A stretch of DNA of 32,000 bases, taken from assembly GCF_000039765.1 (NCBI RefSeq), contig NC_004460.2:150001-182000 (forward strand), written 5' to 3'. Both the position numbers and the translations under genes were made by a program. Positions 18,367-26,713 of the stretch are shown piece after piece. Position 1 is the first letter of the stretch; the number at the start of each line of letters is the position of its first letter. Under the pieces are notes generated by a model. That model saw only the letters and a program-made list of their open reading frames with translations, did not search any database and was not told where the DNA came from. The DNA is from Vibrio vulnificus CMCP6 (lineage in GTDB: Bacteria > Pseudomonadota > Gammaproteobacteria > Enterobacterales > Vibrionaceae).

Positions 18367-19884
18367 ATGCCCAACAGTAAGAAAAATCTCAGCAAGACAT
18401 TCGTGTTGAATGCTTGTGCTCTCGCGGTCGGTACAGCCTCTGCCGCCGCATATTCAGCCGAACAACCCAATATTTTGGTTATCTTTGGTGACGATGTCGG
18501 TTATTGGAACCTAAGCGCATACAACGGTGGCATGCTTGCGTACAGCACGCCAAACATCGACAGCATTGCCAAAGAAGGCGCCAAATTCACTAACTTTTAT
18601 GCACAGCAAAGTTCGACAGCAGGTCGTTCTGCGTTTATCACCGGTCAAATGCCTAAGCGCACTGGGTTATCTAAAGTGGGGCTGCCAGGCGCACCGCAAG
18701 GTATCTCAGAAAAAGATCCAACCATCGCCACTATGCTCAAACAACTCGGTTATGCGACAGGCCAGTTTGGTAAAAACCACTTAGGTGACCGCGATGAACA
18801 TCTGCCAACCAATCACGGGTTTGATGAGTTCTTTGGCAACTTGTACCACTTGAATGCAGAAGAAGAACCTGAAAATGTCGACTACCCGAAAAATCCTGAG
18901 TTCAAGAAAAAATTTGGCCCGCGTGGTGTGATTCACTCCTACGCAGATGGAAAGATCGAAGACACAGGGCCACTGACGCGCAAGCGTATGGAAACGGTGG
19001 ATGACGAATTCCTCGAAGCGGCAGAGCAGTTTATCGAAAAACAAGTAAAAGCAGATAAACCGTTCTTTACTTGGTTCAATACCACACGTATGCACAACTT
19101 CACCCATGTACCAGAAGCGTATCAAGGCAAAACGGGTGCGGGGTTTTACGCAGATGGGGTCAAGCAGCATGACGATCAAATTGGCCACCTACTGAATAAA
19201 ATCAAAGAGCTGGGTGTCGATGACAACACCATCATCGTATACACCACTGATAATGGGCCGATGATCAACTTGTGGCCGGATGCGGGCATGACGCCATTCC
19301 GCAGTGAAAAAAATACCGGTTGGGAAGGTGGCTTCCGCGTTCCTGCGCTCATCAAATGGCCGGGCCAAATCAAAGCTGGAGAAACCTTCAATGGCATGAT
19401 GTCTCTTGAGGACTTCTTCCCAACACTTGTGGCAGCGGCAGGCAACAGCAAGGTCAAAGACGAACTGCTTAAAGGCAAAAAAGTCGACAATGTCAGCTAC
19501 AAGGTGCATTTGGATGGTTACAACCAATTGCCTTACCTTACGGGTAAAACCGACCAATCCGCACGCAATGAGTTCGTTTATTGGAGTGATGATGGGGATC
19601 TGTTGGCACTGCGCTACGGCAAATACAAATACCACTTCATGATCCAAGAGAATGAAACTGGTCTCGCGATTTGGCAAAAGCCTTTCACCAAACTGCGTGT
19701 ACCTAAGATATTCGACTTGAGTATCGACCCGTTCGAACGTGGAGACACAGGTATGGGATATGACACTTGGATGTATGAACGCTCATTCCTCATGATGCCA
19801 GCCATTGAGAAAGTTCAAGAAGTCATGGGAACATTCAAAGCGTACCCACCTCGCATGGCACCGGGTTCGTTTGTACCCAAATAA
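18367..19884 (+). CDS. Exported type I sulfatase, Ser-type (STAGR), paralogous to 15538-17103
   Basis: Signal-like N-terminus (MPNSKKNLSKTFVLNACALAVGTASAAAYSAEQPNIL), FGDDVGYWN, signature AQQSSTAGRSAFITGQ. ATG 18367 is preceded by GGAG. Confidence 0.92.
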   Translation: MPNSKKNLSKTFVLNACALAVGTASAAAYSAEQPNILVIFGDDVGYWNLSAYNGGMLAYSTPNIDSIAKEGAKFTNFYAQQSSTAGRSAFITGQMPKRTGLSKVGLPGAPQGISEKDPTIATMLKQLGYATGQFGKNHLGDRDEHLPTNHGFDEFFGNLYHLNAEEEPENVDYPKNPEFKKKFGPRGVIHSYADGKIEDTGPLTRKRMETVDDEFLEAAEQFIEKQVKADKPFFTWFNTTRMHNFTHVPEAYQGKTGAGFYADGVKQHDDQIGHLLNKIKELGVDDNTIIVYTTDNGPMINLWPDAGMTPFRSEKNTGWEGGFRVPALIKWPGQIKAGETFNGMMSLEDFFPTLVAAAGNSKVKDELLKGKKVDNVSYKVHLDGYNQLPYLTGKTDQSARNEFVYWSDDGDLLALRYGKYKYHFMIQENETGLAIWQKPFTKLRVPKIFDLSIDPFERGDTGMGYDTWMYERSFLMMPAIEKVQEVMGTFKAYPPRMAPGSFVPK

Positions 19885-19896
19885 CCCTGTCTAACC

Positions 19897-19926
19897 GATA
19901 GCCTCTTTGGAAAAAGAGAGGCTATC
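19897..19926 (+). terminator. Hairpin between sulfatase and anSME genes (weak terminator or attenuator)
   Basis: GATAGCCTCT (19897-19906) / AGAGGCTATC (19917-19926), a perfect 10-bp stem followed by a weak U-tract (TCTTCTTC). Confidence 0.45.
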
Positions 19927-19980
19927 TCTTCTTCATTTATCGTCTTGCCCATACTCAGACAGCAGAAAAGAGACATACTG

Positions 19981-21285
19981 ATGCAAAAAGTCACTCCTCG
20001 TCATTCAACTGCGATGCCTATTGTGCCCTTGAAAACCGCGGCGAAGCCCGAAGCCAATCAAAGTTATCAACGTCGTTTTCATGTGATGGCGAAACCCGGC
20101 GGTGCCAAATGCAATATTGATTGCCAGTATTGTTTCTATCTTCATAAAGAAGCGTTGCTGCATCAAAAGAAACAGCCTCAGATGAGTGAGGATCTGCTTG
20201 AAAGGTTTATCAAAAGTTATATAGACAGCCAAGATGGCGATGAAATCGTGTTTTCATGGCAAGGTGGAGAGCCGACACTGCTCGGTCTCGACTACTTTCG
20301 CAAAGTGGTTGAACTGCAGAAAAAATATCGGCCAGTTGGAGTTCGCATAGAAAATGATCTGCAAACAAATGGCATTTTGCTCAATGATGAGTGGTGTCAG
20401 TTTCTAGCCGAACACCAATTTCTTGTGGGGCTGTCGATCGATGGTCCGCGCGAAATTCATGACAAATACCGCCGAACACGAAGCGGAAAACCCACCTTTG
20501 ATTTGGTGATGAAATCGGTTGAAACGCTCAAAAAATACGGGGTGAAGTTTAACGCTTTGGTCGCGGTGAATCGCCACAATGCTCAGTACCCACGTGAGGT
20601 CTATCGTTTTCTTACCCAGGAGTTGGGTGCCACTTATCTCCAATTTACACCCGTTGTCGAAGCGAATGGTTTTCAAACCACAGCGCCGCAATTTTGGAAT
20701 GAACAGATGATCCCTGTCGTGGGCAGTGAACTGGCCAAGCCTGGGCATCCTATGTCTGTGGTCACGGATTGGTCCGTGGACCCGCAGCAGTGGGGAGAAT
20801 TTCTTATTGCAACCTTTGAAGAGTGGGTGAATAACGATTTAGGGCGCGTCCTCGTTAATCTATTTGAAACCGCCGTTGCGCAGGTGATGGGATTGCCTTC
20901 GCAACTTTGCGTGACATCAGAGTTCTGCGGCAAAGGCTTGGCGATAGAACACAATGGTGACGTGTTCAGTTGCGATCACTATGTGTATCCCGAATACAAA
21001 CTGGCCAATATTCAGCAGTATGATTTGAGTGAGCTGGCCATGTCAACGCGTCAGTACACCTTTGGTATGGCCAAAAGAGAGTCGCTGCCGAGCTATTGTC
21101 TGCAATGCCCTTATCTTCAATATTGTTGGGGTGAATGTCCTAAGAATCGCTTGATCAAATCCCCTGACGGTGAAGTTGGATTGAACTACCTGTGTCCGGG
21201 CATCAAAGCCTTTTTTGATTATGCCTTGCCAATGTTGGTTGGCATTACTCAAATCCTCAAAGCCCCTAATGACCGGCGTGAATAG
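19981..21285 (+). CDS. Anaerobic sulfatase-maturating enzyme (radical SAM with SPASM-type C-terminus)
   Basis: Radical SAM CNIDCQYCFYLHKE, GGEPTLL, and the cysteine-rich SPASM-type segment FCGKGLAIEHNGDVFSCDHYVYPEY...YCLQCPYLQYCWGECPKNR...YLCPG. Confidence 0.93.
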   Translation: MQKVTPRHSTAMPIVPLKTAAKPEANQSYQRRFHVMAKPGGAKCNIDCQYCFYLHKEALLHQKKQPQMSEDLLERFIKSYIDSQDGDEIVFSWQGGEPTLLGLDYFRKVVELQKKYRPVGVRIENDLQTNGILLNDEWCQFLAEHQFLVGLSIDGPREIHDKYRRTRSGKPTFDLVMKSVETLKKYGVKFNALVAVNRHNAQYPREVYRFLTQELGATYLQFTPVVEANGFQTTAPQFWNEQMIPVVGSELAKPGHPMSVVTDWSVDPQQWGEFLIATFEEWVNNDLGRVLVNLFETAVAQVMGLPSQLCVTSEFCGKGLAIEHNGDVFSCDHYVYPEYKLANIQQYDLSELAMSTRQYTFGMAKRESLPSYCLQCPYLQYCWGECPKNRLIKSPDGEVGLNYLCPGIKAFFDYALPMLVGITQILKAPNDRRE

Positions 21286-21314
21286 CAGCGCGCCGCAAGG
21301 GGCATATAGACGTT

Positions 21315-21329
21315 ATAACCTTTAGTTAT
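21315..21329. promoter_or_regulatory. Candidate LysR-type operator upstream of the moxR operon
   Basis: ATAAC-CTTTA-GTTAT, a perfect palindrome with the same arms as the site at 17209-17223. Confidence 0.4.
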
Positions 21330-21390
21330 TCAAATTGTTTTTATACTGATTTCAATCTCTTCCTTTCGTTTACAAAACCGGAAAACGCCG

Positions 21391-22374
21391 ATGAATCACG
21401 CACAGAAAGCCATCAATCTACTCATTCAACAAACGGAAAAAAGCGTCATTGGCCAAAGGCATGTGGTTGAGGCGTTGGTGATTGGATTGCTGACCAACGG
21501 CCATGTGTTGCTTGAAGGATTGCCCGGCACCGCCAAAACGCGATCGGTGAAATCGCTGGCGAAGCGGCTTAACACCAGCTTTGGCCGCATCCAATTTACG
21601 CCAGATTTGCTGCCTTCCGATGTGACGGGCACAGAAGTGTACCAAGAGCGCGAGGGTAAGCCTCAGCTCCATTTTCAAGCGGGGCCAATTTTCAACAGCA
21701 TTGTACTGGCCGATGAAGTGAACCGAGCACCGGCGAAAGTCCAAGCAGCGCTGCTGGAGGCGATGGCAGAGGGCACGATAACGGTAGGGGACAAAACGCA
21801 TCAACTGCCAGAGCTCTTTATGGTGCTTGCCACGCAAAACCCCGTTGAGCAAGAAGGGACGTATCCTCTCCCAGAAGCGCAAATGGACCGCTTCATGATG
21901 AAAGTCACGGTGGACTACCCAGAAGATGAGGCTGAGCGAGACATTATTCGTTTGGTTCGCAGCGAAGAGATGGGAGAGAAAGAAGTCGGTGGTGATCAAG
22001 TCATGCAACCGATTGACCCCAACACAGTGTTAGAAGCCCGTCGACAATTGCCAACCATCGCGGTGTCTGAATTGGTCGAAAACTACATTGTGGCACTGGT
22101 GATGGCGACGCGTAAACCAGAGCGCTATGCCGATTCTGCCTTATCAAAGTGGATTGAAGTGGGGGCGAGCCCTCGTGCTTCCATCGCGCTGGATAAGTGC
22201 GCTCGTGCCTATGCTTGGTTGCAAGGACGTGACCACGTCACACCTGATGATGTACGTGCAATGGTGCCATGCGTGCTAGGGCATCGTTTTTCACTTTCCT
22301 ATGACGCGATTGCCGATGGTGTTGATCATCAAGCGGTGGTGCAAGCGCTGCTTGATTGTGTCGAAATCGGATAG
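21391..22374 (+). CDS. MoxR-family AAA+ ATPase
   Basis: GQRHVVEALVIGLLTNGHVLLEGLPGTAKT (Walker A), GRIQFTPDLLPSDVTG, LADEVNRAPAKVQAALLEAM (Walker B), LATQNPVEQEGTYPLPEAQMDRF. Confidence 0.95.
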   Translation: MNHAQKAINLLIQQTEKSVIGQRHVVEALVIGLLTNGHVLLEGLPGTAKTRSVKSLAKRLNTSFGRIQFTPDLLPSDVTGTEVYQEREGKPQLHFQAGPIFNSIVLADEVNRAPAKVQAALLEAMAEGTITVGDKTHQLPELFMVLATQNPVEQEGTYPLPEAQMDRFMMKVTVDYPEDEAERDIIRLVRSEEMGEKEVGGDQVMQPIDPNTVLEARRQLPTIAVSELVENYIVALVMATRKPERYADSALSKWIEVGASPRASIALDKCARAYAWLQGRDHVTPDDVRAMVPCVLGHRFSLSYDAIADGVDHQAVVQALLDCVEIG

Positions 22375-22385
22375 GGGGAACCAGT

Positions 22386-23348
22386 ATGGTCAAGCCAACG
22401 ATCGCCCCTCAGCCTCAAGGACTCGACCCTCGAGTCTACTGTGACTACGCAAGGCTTGTTCGTTTGCAAGCACAAGCCGACGGCTTTAGCTTGCTGCCGC
22501 ATCTTAGGGCTGGCAGCGTGCTCTCTGGGCGGCACCGCTCCTTGTTTCGGGGACGAGGTTTAAACTTTGAAGAGCTGCGCCATTATCAGCTTGGTGACGA
22601 CATCCGTAATCTCGACTGGAAAGTCACGTTGCGTACCGGAAAGCCCCACGTGCGTCGTTATACGGAAGAAAAAGATCGCAATGTGTTGGTGTGCGTCGAT
22701 CAGCGTAGCGGAATGTTCTTTGCCTCGACCGAGATAATGAAATCGGTGGTGGCGGCGGAAATTGCTGCGATGTGCGCTTGGCGAGCATTGAAAGATGGTG
22801 ATCGTGTCGGCTTTGTCATTGCATCGCATCAAGAGTTGTACTTCAGCAAAGTGAAGCGCGCGCAAAATGATTTGTTAGCGCAGCTAAAGCGTTTAGCGCA
22901 GACAAATCAGAGCCTCAACGTTGAGTCCACGGATTCCACCTCGGTCTCATTTGGTCATTGGCTTGAGCTGATCAAACGCGTCAAGCCAAGGCATTCGACC
23001 CTCATTTTTATCAGTGATTGGCGTGACTGTGAAACTCATCATCTTGACCATTTAAAGCAACTCCAGCAGCACAACGATATTCTCGTTGTGATGGTGGGGG
23101 ATCCACTTGAACAATCTCTGCCACCAGAGCTTGCTCGCATTAACTGGGTGATTGGTGATGGACGCTATCAACTGAACATGGATAGCAAAGCCAAAGTCGA
23201 CACAGCCAGTGTCAGCTTGGCGGAAAAGTCACAACAGCAGCGGCAGTCGCTCGCACAACTCATGGCGATGAAAAACTTGCCCCACATAGAACTGGACACC
23301 AGAGGCGAGCACATTGCGCACTTCCAAAAATGGGTAGGAGGGCGATAG
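22386..23348 (+). CDS. DUF58 domain protein
   Basis: GRHRSLFRGRGLNFEELRHYQLGDDIRNLDWKVTLRTGKPHVRRYTEEKDRNVLVCVDQR is the typical DUF58 core. It lies directly after moxR. Confidence 0.93.
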   Translation: MVKPTIAPQPQGLDPRVYCDYARLVRLQAQADGFSLLPHLRAGSVLSGRHRSLFRGRGLNFEELRHYQLGDDIRNLDWKVTLRTGKPHVRRYTEEKDRNVLVCVDQRSGMFFASTEIMKSVVAAEIAAMCAWRALKDGDRVGFVIASHQELYFSKVKRAQNDLLAQLKRLAQTNQSLNVESTDSTSVSFGHWLELIKRVKPRHSTLIFISDWRDCETHHLDHLKQLQQHNDILVVMVGDPLEQSLPPELARINWVIGDGRYQLNMDSKAKVDTASVSLAEKSQQQRQSLAQLMAMKNLPHIELDTRGEHIAHFQKWVGGR

Positions 23349-23900
23349 ATGACGATTCAACATACACCACCAAGTACCTATATTCTGCGTGAATTGCACG
23401 ATGTGGCGGTGCCCGAGAGTGTCAGTTGGTTACCACAAACGGTGGGTTGGAAAGTGTTGGCCATCATTGGTGGCATGGTGCTGCTCTACATTGGTTATCG
23501 ATACGCGCGTTTTCGTTGGGATAACCGATATCGCGCCGAAGCTTTGCAGGCAATCGTGCCGTTAGATCCAAAAGATCCTGCCATGACGAGCGAGCTATTT
23601 TCGATTGTAAAACAGGTATTGATCTACCACGACAACTGCTATGCACGCCTGTTTGGCGATGCATTTTTGGCTGCGCTGAATCAGCTTATGCCAACACAAC
23701 CCCTTTTTGACGATGAGTTAGCAATAAAGTGGGTGCAAAGCACCGTGAACCCGAATGTGCCTTTGAATGAATCAGAACGAGCAACACTGAAAGAGCGTGT
23801 GGCACTTTGGGTCAAATCTCATCAAGAGAAGGCGTCCAGTGTTGAACAACGCAGAGCGTTGTCTTCATGCCAATGGTTAAAAGGGCGGCGTCATGGTTGA
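23349..23900 (+). CDS. DUF4381 family membrane protein
   Basis: LRELHDVAVPESVSWLPQTVGWKVL followed by a single transmembrane segment. Position in the operon fits. Confidence 0.85.
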   Translation: MTIQHTPPSTYILRELHDVAVPESVSWLPQTVGWKVLAIIGGMVLLYIGYRYARFRWDNRYRAEALQAIVPLDPKDPAMTSELFSIVKQVLIYHDNCYARLFGDAFLAALNQLMPTQPLFDDELAIKWVQSTVNPNVPLNESERATLKERVALWVKSHQEKASSVEQRRALSSCQWLKGRRHG

Positions 23901-24981
23901 TTATCTATCGTCAATGTTGAGCTTTCTTCATCTCGAGTTTGACTCTCCGCTGTGGTTTCTGGCGTTACCGCTGCCATTGGTGGTTTATTACTTTGTGCCA
24001 GCGTACCGCACCAAACAAACCGCCATTAAGGTGCCATTCTTTCATCAGTTGGTGGAAGCCATGGGGGAAACGCCCTCAGAAGGCGCCAGCCAGTTAACAC
24101 CCAGTGGTTGGCAACGTGCCACCTTAGTCTTGTCTTGGTTACTGGTGGTCAGTGCGCTTGCCAAACCGACCATTTTGGGCGCGCCGCAAATACGCGAAAG
24201 TTTGGGCCGTGATGTCATGGTGGTGGTTGATCTTTCTGGCTCTATGGCTGAGCAGGATTTTACCAGTGCGTCGGGTGCAAAAATTTCTCGTCTTGATGCC
24301 ACCAAAGAGGTACTGGCGGATTTTGCTAAAACCAGACAGGGGGATCGTCTTGGTCTGATTTTGTTTGGCGATGCTGCCTTTGTGCAAACGCCGTTCACCG
24401 CGGATCAAAAAGTATGGTTAGCGCTGCTCAACCAAACCGATGTTGCAATGGCGGGGCAGAGTACGCATTTGGGCGATGCCATTGGTTTGGCCATCAAGGT
24501 GTTTGAGCAAAGTGAACCAAGCCAAGCGGCCTTTTCAAAGCCCCGGCAAAAAGTGGCGATCGTGCTCACGGATGGCAATGACACCGGAAGCTTTGTTGAA
24601 CCGATAGACGCGGCCAAGGTGGCCAAAGCAAAAGGGGTCAGAATTCATGTGATTGCGATGGGCGATCCCAGTACGGTTGGGGAAAGTGCACTCGACCTGC
24701 AAACGATCGAACGCATTGCCAGTGAATCTGGCGGCAAAGCATTTCAAGCTTTGAACCGCGACGAGTTGGCTAGCGCATACGATGATATCGGTAAACTCGA
24801 GCCTCAGTTGTACCAAAGCATCACCTACCGCCCTAAGCAGAGCTTGCATCATGGATTAATGGGTATCGTGGTGGGCCTCTATCTCGTTGCGTTTAGTGTG
24901 GTGACGTTGAAGCGACGGATACGCAACGCGAAGATCAAAGCAACGACGGTGGAAAATGAACAGGGGGAACACCATGCTTGA
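23893..24981 (+). CDS. VWA-domain membrane protein, BatA-like
   Basis: MIDAS motif VVVDLSGSMAEQDF; hydrophobic segments at both ends; overlaps the DUF4381 gene by 8 nt. Confidence 0.92.
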   Translation: MVDYLSSMLSFLHLEFDSPLWFLALPLPLVVYYFVPAYRTKQTAIKVPFFHQLVEAMGETPSEGASQLTPSGWQRATLVLSWLLVVSALAKPTILGAPQIRESLGRDVMVVVDLSGSMAEQDFTSASGAKISRLDATKEVLADFAKTRQGDRLGLILFGDAAFVQTPFTADQKVWLALLNQTDVAMAGQSTHLGDAIGLAIKVFEQSEPSQAAFSKPRQKVAIVLTDGNDTGSFVEPIDAAKVAKAKGVRIHVIAMGDPSTVGESALDLQTIERIASESGGKAFQALNRDELASAYDDIGKLEPQLYQSITYRPKQSLHHGLMGIVVGLYLVAFSVVTLKRRIRNAKIKATTVENEQGEHHA

Positions 24982-26713
24982 TACCTCTTTATTCGGCATG
25001 ACAGTGACGCCGTTTTTCTCTCAGTTTCACTTCCTCCGACCGGAATGGTTATTGGCGTTTGTGCCGATGTTACTACTGTTATGGATGAGGTGGCGGGAGG
25101 ATAGTGTTCCGAGTTGGAAAGCCATTTTGCCAACGCATTTACGCCAAGTGTTAACGATAGGTGAGCACGGCTGGCGCAAACAGCTGCCACTCAAGTTATT
25201 GGTGGTCAATGTCACTTTAGCAATTATTATTTGTGCAGGCCCTACTTGGCAGCGCCAAGCCTCACCATTTGGTGAAGACAAAGCCACCCTACTGGTGATA
25301 TTGGATAACAGCGACTCGATGCTACAAAATGATCTTCCTCCCAGTCGCTTAGCTCGCTCAAAACAGAAAATTCGCGATTTGTTAGTCGCAAGAAAAGGAG
25401 GCAGCACGGGGTTAGTGGTGTTTGCTGGCTCTGCGCATGTTGCAATGCCCGTAACGCAAGACAGTAAAGTCTTTGACCCGTTTCTAGCGGCAATCACACC
25501 CGAGATTATGCCCATAGAAGGTAAGCTTGCGGAAAAAGCATTGCCTCTGATTGATCAACAACTGCAAGGGCAAGCTGGCTCTAGCGTATTGTTAGTGAGT
25601 GATGGGGTAAATCCGGCCACCATCGACGCATACAAAGCGTATTTTGCAGAAAAACCGTATCAATTGCTGATCTTGGCGGCGGGCAATTCAAATGTTGTGT
25701 CCGACAATCCATTGGATTTAGGTTCACTGAACAAATTGGCTAACGCGACGGGGGGGCGTTTAGTGCAAACCAGTGTCGATAATCGTGATATAGAAACCCT
25801 CAACCGATATGTTGAACGGAATATGCAGCTCAATGGTGACTCGTCGATGCCGTGGCAAGATATGGGTTATCCACTGTTGTTACCCATCGCAATCATTCTG
25901 ATGCTCTGGTTTCGTAAAGGTTGGTTAGTGCAATGGTGCTTGGTGGCTATGGTGTCTACGTCGCTGCTTGCAACGCCTAATGCCATGGCAGAAACCGTTT
26001 CGCTCAGTGTGGAAAAAACAGCTCAGCCACACATGAAGACGATGTGGGATAAGACGGAGCAGTGGTGGTGGGATCTCTGGCTCACTCCTGACCAGCAAGG
26101 TCAACGATGGTGGAACCAAGGGCAATACTTGCAAGCCGCCAAACATTTCAATGATCCATTACGCAAAGGCACGGCCTATTACTACGCCGGAGAATACGCC
26201 TTAGCACACAGCGCGTTTTTAACCATGCAAAACGATCCGTCAGATGAAGCCAAAGACCTCGGACTTTACTATGCAGCCAGCGCGCTGGCTCGCCAGCGAG
26301 AATACTTGGCCGCGCGTAACTTGTTACAGTCACTTGCGGATAAGGAAACCTTGAGCCGCAAGTTAAGAGCTGACGTGGAACACAATCTTCGCGTGATTGG
26401 TGGCATTGTTGAAGAAATCAATCGCACCAGTGCAAGCCAAGCAGGTTCCACGGATGGCCCAGAAGAGTCGATCGAGTTGGGGGATAATCCCCAAACAGCT
26501 GACGGCGTGGACGAGCAAACCGTTGCCGAAATGATGCTTAAAGAAACGTTAAATGCAAACGAGATCTTGGGAAGTGATGCATTAGCAGACAAATGGTTAA
26601 AACGTGTGGAAGCTGACCCCAAATACTTTCTAGCGGCTAAGTTCCAAATTCAATTGCATCAAGGGGCTAAAACAAGTGACACAACGCTTGAGCAACAGGA
26701 GAAAAAGCAATGA
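24974..26713 (+). CDS. VWA plus TPR-like membrane protein, BatB/BatC fusion-like
   Basis: DxSxS motif LVILDNSDSMLQNDLPPSRLARSK; TPR-like helical region (KGTAYYYAGEYALAHSAFLTMQNDP...GLYYAASALARQREYLAARNLLQSLA); overlaps both neighbouring genes. Confidence 0.9.
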   Translation: MLDTSLFGMTVTPFFSQFHFLRPEWLLAFVPMLLLLWMRWREDSVPSWKAILPTHLRQVLTIGEHGWRKQLPLKLLVVNVTLAIIICAGPTWQRQASPFGEDKATLLVILDNSDSMLQNDLPPSRLARSKQKIRDLLVARKGGSTGLVVFAGSAHVAMPVTQDSKVFDPFLAAITPEIMPIEGKLAEKALPLIDQQLQGQAGSSVLLVSDGVNPATIDAYKAYFAEKPYQLLILAAGNSNVVSDNPLDLGSLNKLANATGGRLVQTSVDNRDIETLNRYVERNMQLNGDSSMPWQDMGYPLLLPIAIILMLWFRKGWLVQWCLVAMVSTSLLATPNAMAETVSLSVEKTAQPHMKTMWDKTEQWWWDLWLTPDQQGQRWWNQGQYLQAAKHFNDPLRKGTAYYYAGEYALAHSAFLTMQNDPSDEAKDLGLYYAASALARQREYLAARNLLQSLADKETLSRKLRADVEHNLRVIGGIVEEINRTSASQAGSTDGPEESIELGDNPQTADGVDEQTVAEMMLKETLNANEILGSDALADKWLKRVEADPKYFLAAKFQIQLHQGAKTSDTTLEQQEKKQ

